A DNA stretch of 64,000 nt from IMG/VR virus record IMGVR_UViG_2974670102_000001, positions 160,001 through 224,000 of that record. One strand, written 5' to 3'. Origin of the DNA: a virus. Taxonomy: Duplodnaviria > Caudoviricetes. The notes below the pieces were generated by a model that saw nothing but the letters and a program-made list of their open reading frames with translations, was not told where the DNA came from and did no database searches. Positions 9,286 to 18,617 of the stretch are shown here, one piece after another. How positions within the stretch are numbered: the stretch's first letter is position 1; each line of letters starts with the position of its first letter. The translations under genes were made by a program, and so were the position numbers.

Positions 9286-11175
9286 CTAGATTACCGGAAT
9301 AGGGTTGCTGACGCGCTGTGCCAACGACGTGTAGCTGATTTCCATGTTTGCTACCTCTATGGAAAGTGGCACAGAGTCTGTTGCACGCGCGATGCCGTAA
9401 GATAGAGTTGCGGCACCCGATCCCATGGCCCCCGAGTAGTTCACCACGGGCTTGGAGTCGCGCCACACCTGAAGAGTGCCCTGCGAGCCCAGCACTACGT
9501 GCATCACGTAGTTCACCCAAACGCCTCGTTGTAGAAGCGCATCGGAGTACTGAATGATGGGTATGACATCGGTGGACGCTTGGGTGCGTATCGAAAGCGT
9601 ATCCTGCGCCACGTCCACGGTCAGCGTCTTGGTCGAGGCATCGCGGTCCAGCCCGAATACAGAGCACTGGGACGCTGTGCCTATGATTCCCGGATCGATC
9701 CTGAGCGCGAAGCTGAACCAAATGTCGGTGCCCGTGTTGAGCGTGGCCGTATCGACAAGATCAGCGCGATCAACTGTTGTAAGGTCCGAAACATCACGGT
9801 CACCCGGATTCACCAAGAACTGCTGGGCCGACTGCCTGTTACGGGCCTCCGTGTAGCCACCCAGTACACCGCGCACCGCCATTTGCCGCCCCGATACTGT
9901 ACGCACAGTGGTGGGACCGAACGTCAGCGTGTAGTTGATTGGCCATACGGCTTCCGCGAATCGCGTTGCGTACGCGCTATCGACGTTCGGTGCGAGTGCA
10001 ACCACCGATTCGATGGCCAGCGATCCATACTGGGGCACCGGAATCGTATAGCCGTCTGGTGTGGCAACCACTTGTCGAGACCACACACCACCGTCACGCC
10101 CCTGAATCGCGAGCGTATAGCCGCCATTAGGAATGAACAGTTTGGTCGTGGATGCGACGCGCGTTGTCGCCACAAACGCTGTGTTGTCCGAAGCATTTGC
10201 CCCGTCCTCGATCTGCGGCTTCGAAATTTCGACGGTTATGGAGAACGGGTCCGTGTCGTTGGTTGTGGCAATCACAAGGGCTGCGGACATCTGATCGCCT
10301 GCGATAGCCGAGTTCCAGATGCTGACGCGGCGACGCCCGTATGCGGGAAGCACCGTGTACGATGCGGCTCGCGCATTGCCCGTTTTGAGCACAACGCCGG
10401 TAGCCACGCCCCCAACGTTCAGCACGTTCACGGTCGCTGCGGTTGTGAGGCCGCCACGAGTCAGCGTGGGTGCCGTGCCCGAGCCGCTGTTGAAGCTGAG
10501 CGGAACGCCTGCTGGACTTGCTTCAGTACGCGTGAACCTGATCTGGAGTTTCGGGCCGACCTGCAACACCTCCCACAGAAGTGTAGGATCGCTAACTGTC
10601 CAGCCAGTTGGTAGTGAGCCACCGTTTGCGGACGTGCCGACCAAGGCCCCTGCGAAAGTGGGGTTGGTGATCAGGTTGCTTGTACCGCGCTGAACCATCA
10701 ACCGGCCATCCTCGTCGCGATCATCAACCGTCTGGTTGAATGTCTCGAACGGGTACGCCAGATCACGATAGCGCCAGAAGCGCCCGGCCATAAAGTCTGC
10801 TTTGTACAGCGAGGTGCGCGCCGTATTCAGGTGCGCGGTGCTAACAAACATCGGATCGATGAAGAGGTTGCCCTTCGTATCGATCTTCAGTTCTTGTCGT
10901 GGGACCACGGTTCCGAGTGTGCTATCCGTAGCCACATCGGAACCACGCAATTCCCAGACTGGGGCTTTGTACAGTACGCCATCGCGATACAGGGGAACGG
11001 TGTCGTCGGCTTGTAGCGGGATCGAGGCTTGCGCCATGGAGCCCGTGTAGAGCGTGTCTAGCGCAGAACCTACCGTACCCGATTCGTGTCCGATCAGCGT
11101 AGAGCCGTTCGGCGCGCGCAGCCACGCGGCAATGCGCTGCCGGAAACTCTCGTACAGTGCTGGTATGGAGTACAT
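9286..11175 (-). CDS. Spike/fibre protein with CBM-like middle and C-terminal polysaccharide-lyase-like jelly roll
   Basis: GSTLIG..GTV..AL tailspike-like N-terminus; TSNLITNPTF and PQIEDG; RADL...IWFSF.LRI...RGVWVNYVMHV...GTLQVWRD. Confidence 0.6.
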   Translation of the reverse strand: MYSIPALYESFRQRIAAWLRAPNGSTLIGHESGTVGSALDTLYTGSMAQASIPLQADDTVPLYRDGVLYKAPVWELRGSDVATDSTLGTVVPRQELKIDTKGNLFIDPMFVSTAHLNTARTSLYKADFMAGRFWRYRDLAYPFETFNQTVDDRDEDGRLMVQRGTSNLITNPTFAGALVGTSANGGSLPTGWTVSDPTLLWEVLQVGPKLQIRFTRTEASPAGVPLSFNSGSGTAPTLTRGGLTTAATVNVLNVGGVATGVVLKTGNARAASYTVLPAYGRRRVSIWNSAIAGDQMSAALVIATTNDTDPFSITVEISKPQIEDGANASDNTAFVATTRVASTTKLFIPNGGYTLAIQGRDGGVWSRQVVATPDGYTIPVPQYGSLAIESVVALAPNVDSAYATRFAEAVWPINYTLTFGPTTVRTVSGRQMAVRGVLGGYTEARNRQSAQQFLVNPGDRDVSDLTTVDRADLVDTATLNTGTDIWFSFALRIDPGIIGTASQCSVFGLDRDASTKTLTVDVAQDTLSIRTQASTDVIPIIQYSDALLQRGVWVNYVMHVVLGSQGTLQVWRDSKPVVNYSGAMGSGAATLSYGIARATDSVPLSIEVANMEISYTSLAQRVSNPIPVI

Positions 11176-11184
11176 AGGAATCCT

Positions 11185-11403
11185 TTAAGTGCAAATACAA
11201 ATTACAGGTACTTTGGGGGCAACCACGGCTTCCGTGATGACTTCTACCCACTGCTTACGCATACGTGTGGACGCTGGGTAAGTAGTGAGTGAGTCGGTCA
11301 CAACCTCCACATAACTCTTACGGACTCCAGTGGAAGCCGCAAGTGTAGAATTCGTAACCACCTCACCGTACACCTTACTTACTTGTGTGGTAGGCGTAGC
11401 CAT
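11185..11403 (-). CDS. Small virion adaptor-like protein with three internal repeats
   Basis: (V/M)(S/R)K..VEV(V/I)T repeated three times. Confidence 0.55.
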   Translation of the reverse strand: MATPTTQVSKVYGEVVTNSTLAASTGVRKSYVEVVTDSLTTYPASTRMRKQWVEVITEAVVAPKVPVICICT

Positions 11404-11405
11404 GA

Positions 11406-12443
11406 TTAGTCACCCATACCGACCTGTGCCGCGTTGACGCTGGTAACAGTCCATGCGCTACCTGCGCTGTCCCGCGTGAACACATCGGAGTACACAACGT
11501 TCGTGCCCACCAGCGAGCGCACTGCACCCGGGACTACGGTTCCGTTCGACTTTATCTGGGCCGTAACCGAGTGCTGAGCGTCTGCCCCGGGGTTCGAGGC
11601 ACAGGTGTTGACGACAACGGCGTTTACGTTTTGGGCTGCATATGGAAGCGCGCTCATCGTGTACAGATCAGACTTACCTGTCGTCGCGTCTGTCAGCGTC
11701 GCGGTCCCGGTCCACGGCTGCGATGCCACCTGCCAGTTGGCCCCGGCGCTGGGCGCGAATTGAGTGCTATCACCAGCACCAGCAGGATTCATTAGGCCGA
11801 TACGACGCGCGCCCACCGGAAACGTGTTGAAATCGGTGCCTGTGGTGTCCCAGATCAGGAAGTCGTCCAGATACGACAGGTTGTTGCTGGGTGTGTAATC
11901 GGTGCCGATAAACAGCGTCGGTATCACCTGTGCGGGATGATTGCTCAGGTTGTACGTACCACTGAATTGCTGAACACCATCCACGTAGGCCGTCACCTGA
12001 GAGTTGGCCCCATTCAGCGTGAACGAGACTTCGATCCAGTGATAGCCGTCACCCAAATACGTGGTGCCAGTTGCTACAGGCGTCGTCGTGTTGTTGTGCA
12101 GCGTCAAATAGCTGCCGTTGTACGACAGTAGCGTAGCGTTGGGGAGGCTGACCAAACAGTACTTGGGTAGATTGCTACCGCCACCGCCGTTCAGACGCAG
12201 CCGCCACCAACCAGCCACGTAGAACGTAGCGCCCGAGGCCACGCCTGCGCCCGGAAGATCACAGCGTAGCGAGGCCGCGTATCCCGCTGTGTTGTTGCAG
12301 AAGGCACGGCCGCCGAAGCGGCCGTTCGTGGGGTCGAGCCCGGCATTGCCCGCAGGCAGCGCAATCTGCTTGTACTTGCCGCTGTTTGCAACGTCGGTGA
12401 TTGTCGCGTACGAATCCCAGCCTTCAGAAAATAGGAGTGCCAT
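11406..12443 (-). CDS. LamG/concanavalin-like virion fibre-tip protein
   Basis: EGWDSY, YHWIEV, YVDGV, YLDDFLIW; paralogous to 16356..18608 and 18618..19760. Confidence 0.7.
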   Translation of the reverse strand: MALLFSEGWDSYATITDVANSGKYKQIALPAGNAGLDPTNGRFGGRAFCNNTAGYAASLRCDLPGAGVASGATFYVAGWWRLRLNGGGGSNLPKYCLVSLPNATLLSYNGSYLTLHNNTTTPVATGTTYLGDGYHWIEVSFTLNGANSQVTAYVDGVQQFSGTYNLSNHPAQVIPTLFIGTDYTPSNNLSYLDDFLIWDTTGTDFNTFPVGARRIGLMNPAGAGDSTQFAPSAGANWQVASQPWTGTATLTDATTGKSDLYTMSALPYAAQNVNAVVVNTCASNPGADAQHSVTAQIKSNGTVVPGAVRSLVGTNVVYSDVFTRDSAGSAWTVTSVNAAQVGMGD

Positions 12444-12452
12444 ATTCTTTCC

Positions 12453-14459
12453 TTATCGCGTGCCGTTGAGCGTGATCGATACGCCGCTAAAAGTCGTGTC
12501 CGTGACGCCCGCAGCGAATGTCATCACGTCGCCTGCTGCAAACGTGACCGGGTTCGATATGTTCACGGTGCCAGTCGACGAGCCCGCAGGATACGTGATG
12601 TCACCCACCATTACACCGTTCTTGTAGATGCCTATGATCACGATGCCCGTCGTAGCCACCAGCGAACTCGACAAGTTTCCGGTGATGCCGGAGAGTCCCG
12701 CAGCGAACGCCACGCTACGCGCGAAGATCGTTCGGTAGAACGTAGCCCCAGCCACCGGAGTTCCCGGATAGAACGTCATGATGTCGTACGGCTGCGGCGG
12801 TATGGTTGCGGTGGGCGGCGCTGTCCATGTACCGTCTTCCCGCAGATACCTCGTGGTGCCAGCCGTCGAACCCGGGCTCGGAACAAGACCGTTTTTGGCG
12901 TTGACACCGGACGGACCGAACGTCGGAACGTTCATCTGGATCGACACGTTGTCGTTGCCGTCGGCCCCTACTATGATGTTGCTGTCGTATGCCACGATCT
13001 TGCGGAAACGCGTCTTGCCCGAGCCGTCGTTTGCAGCCGACATAACCGACGTGCCTGACGGTGCCGTGTTGTCGTAGGGCACTAGGTTCACGTTGCCGTT
13101 GCCGTCTGGCGACGCCCCGTTGACGGTCTTGACAGTTCCCGATGCCGTGATGTTGACCGTACCGTCTGCGGCCATCGACATGCCAGTCCCTAGCTTGATG
13201 CCACCGAGGACCGTACTCGATGCTTGTGGCAGCGTGTACGGGGCCGGTATAATAGGCAGTCCTAGCAAGTCTGAGTAGTTGCCAGTCTTAGCCACGGTGG
13301 CCAGATTCTGAACGTCGCTGGCTCGAATGGTCAACACATAGTTGCCTGTGTTGTCTGGGCCCGTCCCATTGATGCTAAGCACACCCAAGTTTGTGATCGT
13401 ACTGTTCGTATAGTCGATCCCACGGCCTGCCGTGATGCCTTGACCCAAGTTCGAGCGTATATCGTCGAGCACCGCCTGAAGGTTCTTGCCGTAAGTAGTG
13501 CCAACGAGTGCTGCGCCACCCGCACTGCCCAGATCGGATTCGGCTACAACGTCCGCTATCCGTAGTGCGTTGATCTCGACCGTGACGAGCGGCGCTCCTG
13601 CCACCACCATGGCCGCGACTTCTGGGGCAAGCACGATTTGAATGCCGCCCGTGCCGTCATAGGCCAGTCGTTCGAGATATGCACCCATCAAATAAACGTC
13701 AACGACGTTCGGGGTAAAGCCACCGGGTATCACGAACGTGCCCTGACCATCGGCGGTCGCGTACACGATCTTAATGGTACGTCGGTTCAGGTCGCCACTC
13801 ACTATCAGGTTATCGTTAGGATCACGATCGATTGTGATGTTGGCACCTGCTACCAGTGTTCGGAACTTCATGCGCGCGTCATGTGCGCCGGAGTCCGAGA
13901 TCAACGAGTTGCCGGTTCCGGGGTGTGCATCGACAGCCTCGATGGTGAGACTGCCGTCCCCCATGGGGTACATGTCGTTGATACGAAGGACGCCCGTGTT
14001 ATTGACCCTGATGGTGCTGCCCGTGTTGTCGATGCCGATGCCGGGGCCGCCCTCGATCACCACCTCGCCTGTCTTGTTGTTGACACTGGTGACAATACCC
14101 TTGATGGGCATTGGATCAGTAGTCGAGTGAACGACGAATGTGATCTGCACCACTGCGGTGTCAGTGTCCGAGCGGTTGGTGATGAAGAACTGATCTACCG
14201 GATCGTCAATGGACAGTTGCTGATCGACCGCTACTGCTGTTGGGGTTCCGGTTCCTACCACAGTCGACACAAACACAGGCTTGTCTGTGCTGATCGTGAG
14301 CGCCGAGAACCCAACATCCGCATCCCATTGCTGTCCCGGCTTCAGAACAATCGTTTGGTTGATGGTCTGATTGGCGTAGTACTTTGCCACCAGATTCTCG
14401 TTGATGACTGGAACACCGGAGCCGCGAGTGCCTGTCTTGATTACGAAGCTGTCGCCCAT
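12453..14459 (-). CDS. Modular fibre protein
   Basis: VTSVNNKTG, VAKTGNYSDL, LPQASSTVLGGIK, YLREDGTW fibre repeats; C-terminal beta domain starting QPYDI. Confidence 0.8.
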   Translation of the reverse strand: MGDSFVIKTGTRGSGVPVINENLVAKYYANQTINQTIVLKPGQQWDADVGFSALTISTDKPVFVSTVVGTGTPTAVAVDQQLSIDDPVDQFFITNRSDTDTAVVQITFVVHSTTDPMPIKGIVTSVNNKTGEVVIEGGPGIGIDNTGSTIRVNNTGVLRINDMYPMGDGSLTIEAVDAHPGTGNSLISDSGAHDARMKFRTLVAGANITIDRDPNDNLIVSGDLNRRTIKIVYATADGQGTFVIPGGFTPNVVDVYLMGAYLERLAYDGTGGIQIVLAPEVAAMVVAGAPLVTVEINALRIADVVAESDLGSAGGAALVGTTYGKNLQAVLDDIRSNLGQGITAGRGIDYTNSTITNLGVLSINGTGPDNTGNYVLTIRASDVQNLATVAKTGNYSDLLGLPIIPAPYTLPQASSTVLGGIKLGTGMSMAADGTVNITASGTVKTVNGASPDGNGNVNLVPYDNTAPSGTSVMSAANDGSGKTRFRKIVAYDSNIIVGADGNDNVSIQMNVPTFGPSGVNAKNGLVPSPGSTAGTTRYLREDGTWTAPPTATIPPQPYDIMTFYPGTPVAGATFYRTIFARSVAFAAGLSGITGNLSSSLVATTGIVIIGIYKNGVMVGDITYPAGSSTGTVNISNPVTFAAGDVMTFAAGVTDTTFSGVSITLNGTR

Positions 14460-14487
14460 AATTATCTCCGTTATGATGCTCTGCTAA

Positions 14488-14496
14488 CTAAAATTA
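14488..14496 (-). promoter_or_regulatory. Candidate late-promoter motif TAATTTTAG
   Basis: Lies between a terminator and the SD/ATG of 12453..14459. Confidence 0.5.
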
Positions 14497-14502
14497 CACA
14501 CC

Positions 14503-14536
14503 AAAAGAAAAACCCGGCTCGGGGCCGGGTTCTTCT
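14503..14536 (-). terminator. Intrinsic terminator
   Basis: AACCCGGC/GCCGGGTT stem followed by a T run on the minus strand. Confidence 0.85.
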
Positions 14537-14573
14537 GCGTGCCGCCTATTAATGTACCCATTGCATAGATACA
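14503..14573 (-). ncRNA. Candidate ~70-nt small RNA
   Basis: Promoter-like CAATTTTAG (14574-14582), 9-bp G-U-containing hairpin, then terminator. Confidence 0.3.
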
Positions 14574-14617
14574 CTAAAATTGGCTGTTCGGTTATTGCCA
14601 ATACAGGGCCCTATTCG

Positions 14618-15112
14618 CTACGCGGTTGGCAATTCTGCGTTTACGGTCATGCCAAAACTACAGGTTCCGAAGCCTCCTAGTAGTTGGTTACCGGCAGGCA
14701 AGTTCAGGCGCACTGCGTTGTTCGTCTGTGAGGCCACGGTCGGATTGCCTGAGCTAAGGTTGGATACAGACACACCGCTGAACGCAAGCGTCGGGTTGCT
14801 GATACGCTTGTACTCGTACTGCGCCGTCATCTGCGGAACCTGTCCGTTGCCTACCTGTCCGGACCACGCGAAAGGTGTTCCAGAGAACGCTTCGTAGTAG
14901 AACAGACAGTCGTTGAGCATGGACGCTAGGTCGCGAAACTCGTAGCCCGTAAATTGCGGCCCGAACTCAAGCTGAACTTCAGACAGCAGCGCCGTGAACG
15001 TGCCGGGAGACGCAGCAGTAGCAATCTGCAATCTCAGGTAGTGGTTGGTCCCCAGAGTTTTGCCCACAACCGAGGGCAGCGCAAACGTCTGCTGACACCG
15101 CGTCCACGTGTA
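14618..15112 (-). pseudogene. 5'-truncated tail-fibre C-terminal fragment
   Basis: Frame after TAG reads YTWTRCQQTFALPSVVGKTLGTN...EVQLEFG...YEFRD....NDCLFYYE, a motif normally internal to fibres; no SD before GTG 15067. Confidence 0.55.
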
Positions 15113-15134
15113 CTACTGGGGCCCCCGCCCCGAT

Positions 15135-15632
15135 TTACTGCGCTGTTGCCACAAGCCGTGCAGCGGCCCCCAGTCCACTGTCAAGCGCCGGTTGATCCTG
15201 CGGAATCTCGGTGCTGTTCGTGAACAGGGACCAGTTTGCATCGGCCGCTGTCTCGGTCTTGTTTGCGTCTTTGTTCTGTTCTTCAGGCGTCTTGCCGTCA
15301 CGCACACCATACGCGTCGTCGAGCGCTTTCTTGGCGTCGTAGAGGCGGGACTTGTCTGCGCCCTGAAGGTTTCGTCCCTTGCGATTGATGAACCCGTTCA
15401 ACTTCGAACTGGCCTCACCACGATCTTCTGAGTGCTGCTTGAGTTGGCGCGCGATCTCGCTGGGGCTCTCGGTGAACGTGCCCTTCGGCAATTCTGAGCC
15501 TGCGCGTCGGCCCTTGCCTCGGTACTGCTGGTCCATGCGCTGCTGCCACGTCTTGTCCTGATCCTGCTTAGGCGGGTCCGTGATTTGGCGCTCAGCCAGC
15601 AGCCTATAGGCTGCTTTCATAACCTTCTCCAT
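15135..15632 (-). CDS. DUF3175-like protein
   Basis: GTFT.SP.EIARQLK...ASSKLNGFINRKGRNL...RL..AK.AL. Confidence 0.65.
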   Translation of the reverse strand: MEKVMKAAYRLLAERQITDPPKQDQDKTWQQRMDQQYRGKGRRAGSELPKGTFTESPSEIARQLKQHSEDRGEASSKLNGFINRKGRNLQGADKSRLYDAKKALDDAYGVRDGKTPEEQNKDANKTETAADANWSLFTNSTEIPQDQPALDSGLGAAARLVATAQ

Positions 15633-15645
15633 GTTCTCTGGCTGC

Positions 15646-15678
15646 AATAAAATTGGGACGCCTCAGCGTCCCAATTTG
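15646..15678 (-). terminator. Terminator hairpin whose tail overlaps a CAATTTTAT motif
   Basis: AAATTGGGACG/CGTCCCAATTT inverted repeat. Confidence 0.7.
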
Positions 15679-15966
15679 TTAAGTCGCCGATGTATCGCTT
15701 GGCGGTACAGGCAATAGCTGTAGTATGTAGGCCGTGTACGGCCGCACAATTGTCGTGTTGCCTATGTGCTCGGTCTCGTAGTACGTACGCTCATCGTAGT
15801 GCAGTTCACGACTAGTACCAAGTGCCGCTGGATCGAGTATCAGGACCCCATAGTTGAACTCGATTAGGTAGTCGTCCGGAACACTTGCGAGTACGTCAGG
15901 CCACTCTGTTTCGTCCCACGTCGCTACGTAGAACGTTTTGCTTATATCATCCTTGTAGGTGTCCAT
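15679..15966 (-). CDS. Hypothetical acidic protein
   Basis: AAGGA SD, ATG, last gene of the fibre operon. Confidence 0.65.
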   Translation of the reverse strand: MDTYKDDISKTFYVATWDETEWPDVLASVPDDYLIEFNYGVLILDPAALGTSRELHYDERTYYETEHIGNTTIVRPYTAYILQLLPVPPSDTSAT

Positions 15967-15975
15967 ATGTTCCTT

Positions 15976-16341
15976 TTAACTCGGTGTGAACCAAGTAATA
16001 GTGGTCATTGGTTTAGCTGGGTCCAAGGTTGTCTGCGCTATGACCTCCAGCGTAACACCACTGTCTTGTGTGGTATACGGAAGGCCCGCTATGACTTCCA
16101 TGGATACACCATAATCGTTTGCCGGAATTAGGCCGGACGCCAACACCTCCATTTGAACCGCATAGTCATTCGCATTGAGCGGGGGTATGATCAGGACTTG
16201 TCGTGCTACAGCCTGACTCTTAACCGCCGATGACTGCGACAGTAGAACCTGCCGCGCTACTGCCCTAGCAGTAGACGCGGGAGATTGAACCGTGAGTAGC
16301 TGTCTGGCTAGGGCTTGGGCCTTTACTGGGTTACCTGCCAT
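15976..16341 (-). CDS. Small virion adaptor-like repeat protein
   Basis: Three A.ARQ.L repeats plus three DYGV.MEV(I/L)A-type repeats. Confidence 0.6.
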   Translation of the reverse strand: MAGNPVKAQALARQLLTVQSPASTARAVARQVLLSQSSAVKSQAVARQVLIIPPLNANDYAVQMEVLASGLIPANDYGVSMEVIAGLPYTTQDSGVTLEVIAQTTLDPAKPMTTITWFTPS

Positions 16342-16355
16342 GGGCTACTCCGTGA

Positions 16356-18608
16356 TTACGTTATGTGGTTCAAAGCAAACTGCGAGGCTTTGATCGAGTT
16401 GGTGGTCCACGCCTTGTTGCCGTTCGGATCGATATCAGACAGAACCGACACGTATGCAGGAGTCGTACCTGACACCGTGACTTGCGAACTGTCCGTTTCA
16501 GCACCGCTACTCCGCAACCCGACGCTAACAACCGGGGCCGTGGTCGAGGTTTTGGTGAAATACGTCTCCACCAACTGTGCCCGAGCCGTATAGCCTGCCG
16601 GAATCGTGTCTGCCGAAGAGTACACGTCAACGTCTCCGGAGTTCGAGGACGCTACGTTCTTCGAACTCAGGCTCGATAGTGCAGCCTGATTCACTGCGCT
16701 GGCGTTAGTGCCCGAGCCACCGGTCGGGACCCATTGGGCCTGAACATCGGCATCGGGACGCTGAACCGCGATGTTGATTTGACCGAGGTTACCGCTAAGG
16801 CCGGTGCCGTCTTCGAGCGTCACGTAGATATCGTCGATTGCGGTAAAGCACCCCGAACGTTGGAAGCCGATCAGGAACAGGCCCGTCGTGTCGATGTTGC
16901 GTGTGAACTGATAGGTGAACTTCGAGCCGATCTGCACACCGTCAATGTACATGTACACATCGAACTGGTTGACTGACGCGCTGTTCTTGACATACCGCAT
17001 TTCGAAGTAGTGATACAGGTTCGACGTTGCAGACAGCGATCCTGTCAGATACGTTGTGCTGTTTCCTACCGAATCCAGAATACCCCACTGACGATTGCCA
17101 CCAGAGGCCCCCGCCACGAATAGGTGCAAGAATCCACCGTACGTGTTGAAGACCGTAAACTGGCCGTTCGCGGCGGGCGCTCCGGATGCAGATACCACCA
17201 GACCGCTGCCAACACCACCTGTCAATCCAGTTGCTGTGGCGTCGAGCGCCTCGTATACGTTCAGCGCCTGCCAATTGGTCACCATGTCTGGGGTGGTGGC
17301 GATAATACCGGTAACGGAGCTTGAGAACAGTACGTATTTGCTACCGTCATACAGATAATTTGTATAGCCGCCGGTCGCGACGTTCGTGAGTGGAGTGCCC
17401 ACCAGAGTCCATGTAACACCATCTAGTGTGCTGTATACCGACCCACCGTTTGTCACCGCATAGAGCGTGCTGCCGACCAGTATAAGCTGGGTCGGCAGTA
17501 CTGGCAAACTCAGACCCAGCGTCATCGTCACTGTTCCGGACAGCGGACTAGGCGTTCCGGGAGTGCCGCCCGGATTGGTCGCGTACATAAGGCCCATGTT
17601 CGTGGCAAACACATAGCGATTCGCAGCGGGCAAGAACGCCATATCCGTAATGTAGTTACCACTTGGACCCGGTGCCGTCCAACCCGTGGCGGTCACCGTG
17701 AAGCTGGTCCACGCGCCCGATGTGTTCAGCGCTGAGTTTGCGGCAACTGCCATCAGCCCGTAACCGGAGTAGAAAAGAGCAACAACACCACTGCTACCGC
17801 CCAACAAACGACTTACGGTAGAAACCGCGTTAATGGCTTGAGTTGCACCGCCCCCGCTCGACGCTAGGGTAAAGTTGCCAGCGCCCTTCTTGGCGTCCCC
17901 CACCATTGCATACATGATGCCCTGAAATCCTGAACTGGTATTGGATATCACTGGAACAACATGAGGAAACGCCGAGTTGCCGGTGTCCACTGGACACATT
18001 GGGCTGGAAACCGACGCACTCGGAGTGACTGGTAGTGCTACGTTAGTCCAAGACGAACCGTTATTCGTTGAGTAGTTTATAGCCGTCGTATTAGTGCTTG
18101 TGTTGGAGACAACCAGCGGCACGCTAGACGTTTGGGAGTACGTCATAGCTAGGGCACCCGATATCTGTGCTGGCGTGTCCGTCCAGTTGATCAGGTCTGG
18201 CGACGTGCTGATGTTCGTGCCTGTTGCCCGACGGAACCCCCAGTAACGGGTTCCGTCAAAACCGCACCCTTGGCCCAGTGCTGCGCTAACGTAATACCCA
18301 GCGTTGCTGTTGAGTTTGGCACCAAAACCGAGTGTGATACCGCCCGCGTTCCAAGCCTGTTGAACTGTGTAGCCCGTATTGTAGTATCCCCACGTCTGGT
18401 CAGCAGCAGCGCCCCACAGAGCCGACGATGCCGCAGACGACTGAAACGCACCCACGGGACGCAGTGACGTTCCCGGGACGTTAGTAACGCTAGGCGCAAA
18501 CGTCACCTTCTTGGTTGTGGGAGCCTGTGGGGAAACGCTCCAGTTTTGCAGCCGCAGGTCGCTGTCGTCGCGGGTCGTTTCAAAACCCTGCATGTATTTG
18601 AGACTCAT
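16356..18608 (-). CDS. LamG-type fibre-tip protein with inserted BNR/beta-propeller region
   Basis: QGFET start; TSPDLINWT, STNNGSSWT, STLDGVTWT Asp-boxes; YHYFEM...YIDGV...IDDIY. Confidence 0.75.
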   Translation of the reverse strand: MSLKYMQGFETTRDDSDLRLQNWSVSPQAPTTKKVTFAPSVTNVPGTSLRPVGAFQSSAASSALWGAAADQTWGYYNTGYTVQQAWNAGGITLGFGAKLNSNAGYYVSAALGQGCGFDGTRYWGFRRATGTNISTSPDLINWTDTPAQISGALAMTYSQTSSVPLVVSNTSTNTTAINYSTNNGSSWTNVALPVTPSASVSSPMCPVDTGNSAFPHVVPVISNTSSGFQGIMYAMVGDAKKGAGNFTLASSGGGATQAINAVSTVSRLLGGSSGVVALFYSGYGLMAVAANSALNTSGAWTSFTVTATGWTAPGPSGNYITDMAFLPAANRYVFATNMGLMYATNPGGTPGTPSPLSGTVTMTLGLSLPVLPTQLILVGSTLYAVTNGGSVYSTLDGVTWTLVGTPLTNVATGGYTNYLYDGSKYVLFSSSVTGIIATTPDMVTNWQALNVYEALDATATGLTGGVGSGLVVSASGAPAANGQFTVFNTYGGFLHLFVAGASGGNRQWGILDSVGNSTTYLTGSLSATSNLYHYFEMRYVKNSASVNQFDVYMYIDGVQIGSKFTYQFTRNIDTTGLFLIGFQRSGCFTAIDDIYVTLEDGTGLSGNLGQINIAVQRPDADVQAQWVPTGGSGTNASAVNQAALSSLSSKNVASSNSGDVDVYSSADTIPAGYTARAQLVETYFTKTSTTAPVVSVGLRSSGAETDSSQVTVSGTTPAYVSVLSDIDPNGNKAWTTNSIKASQFALNHIT

Positions 18609-18617
18609 ACGTATTCC

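Noticed and set aside
15113-15137. Stop-codon recoding or readthrough joining DUF3175 to the fibre fragment
   Set aside because: The frames differ, and TAG, TGA and TAA all end well-defined genes elsewhere, so the code is standard
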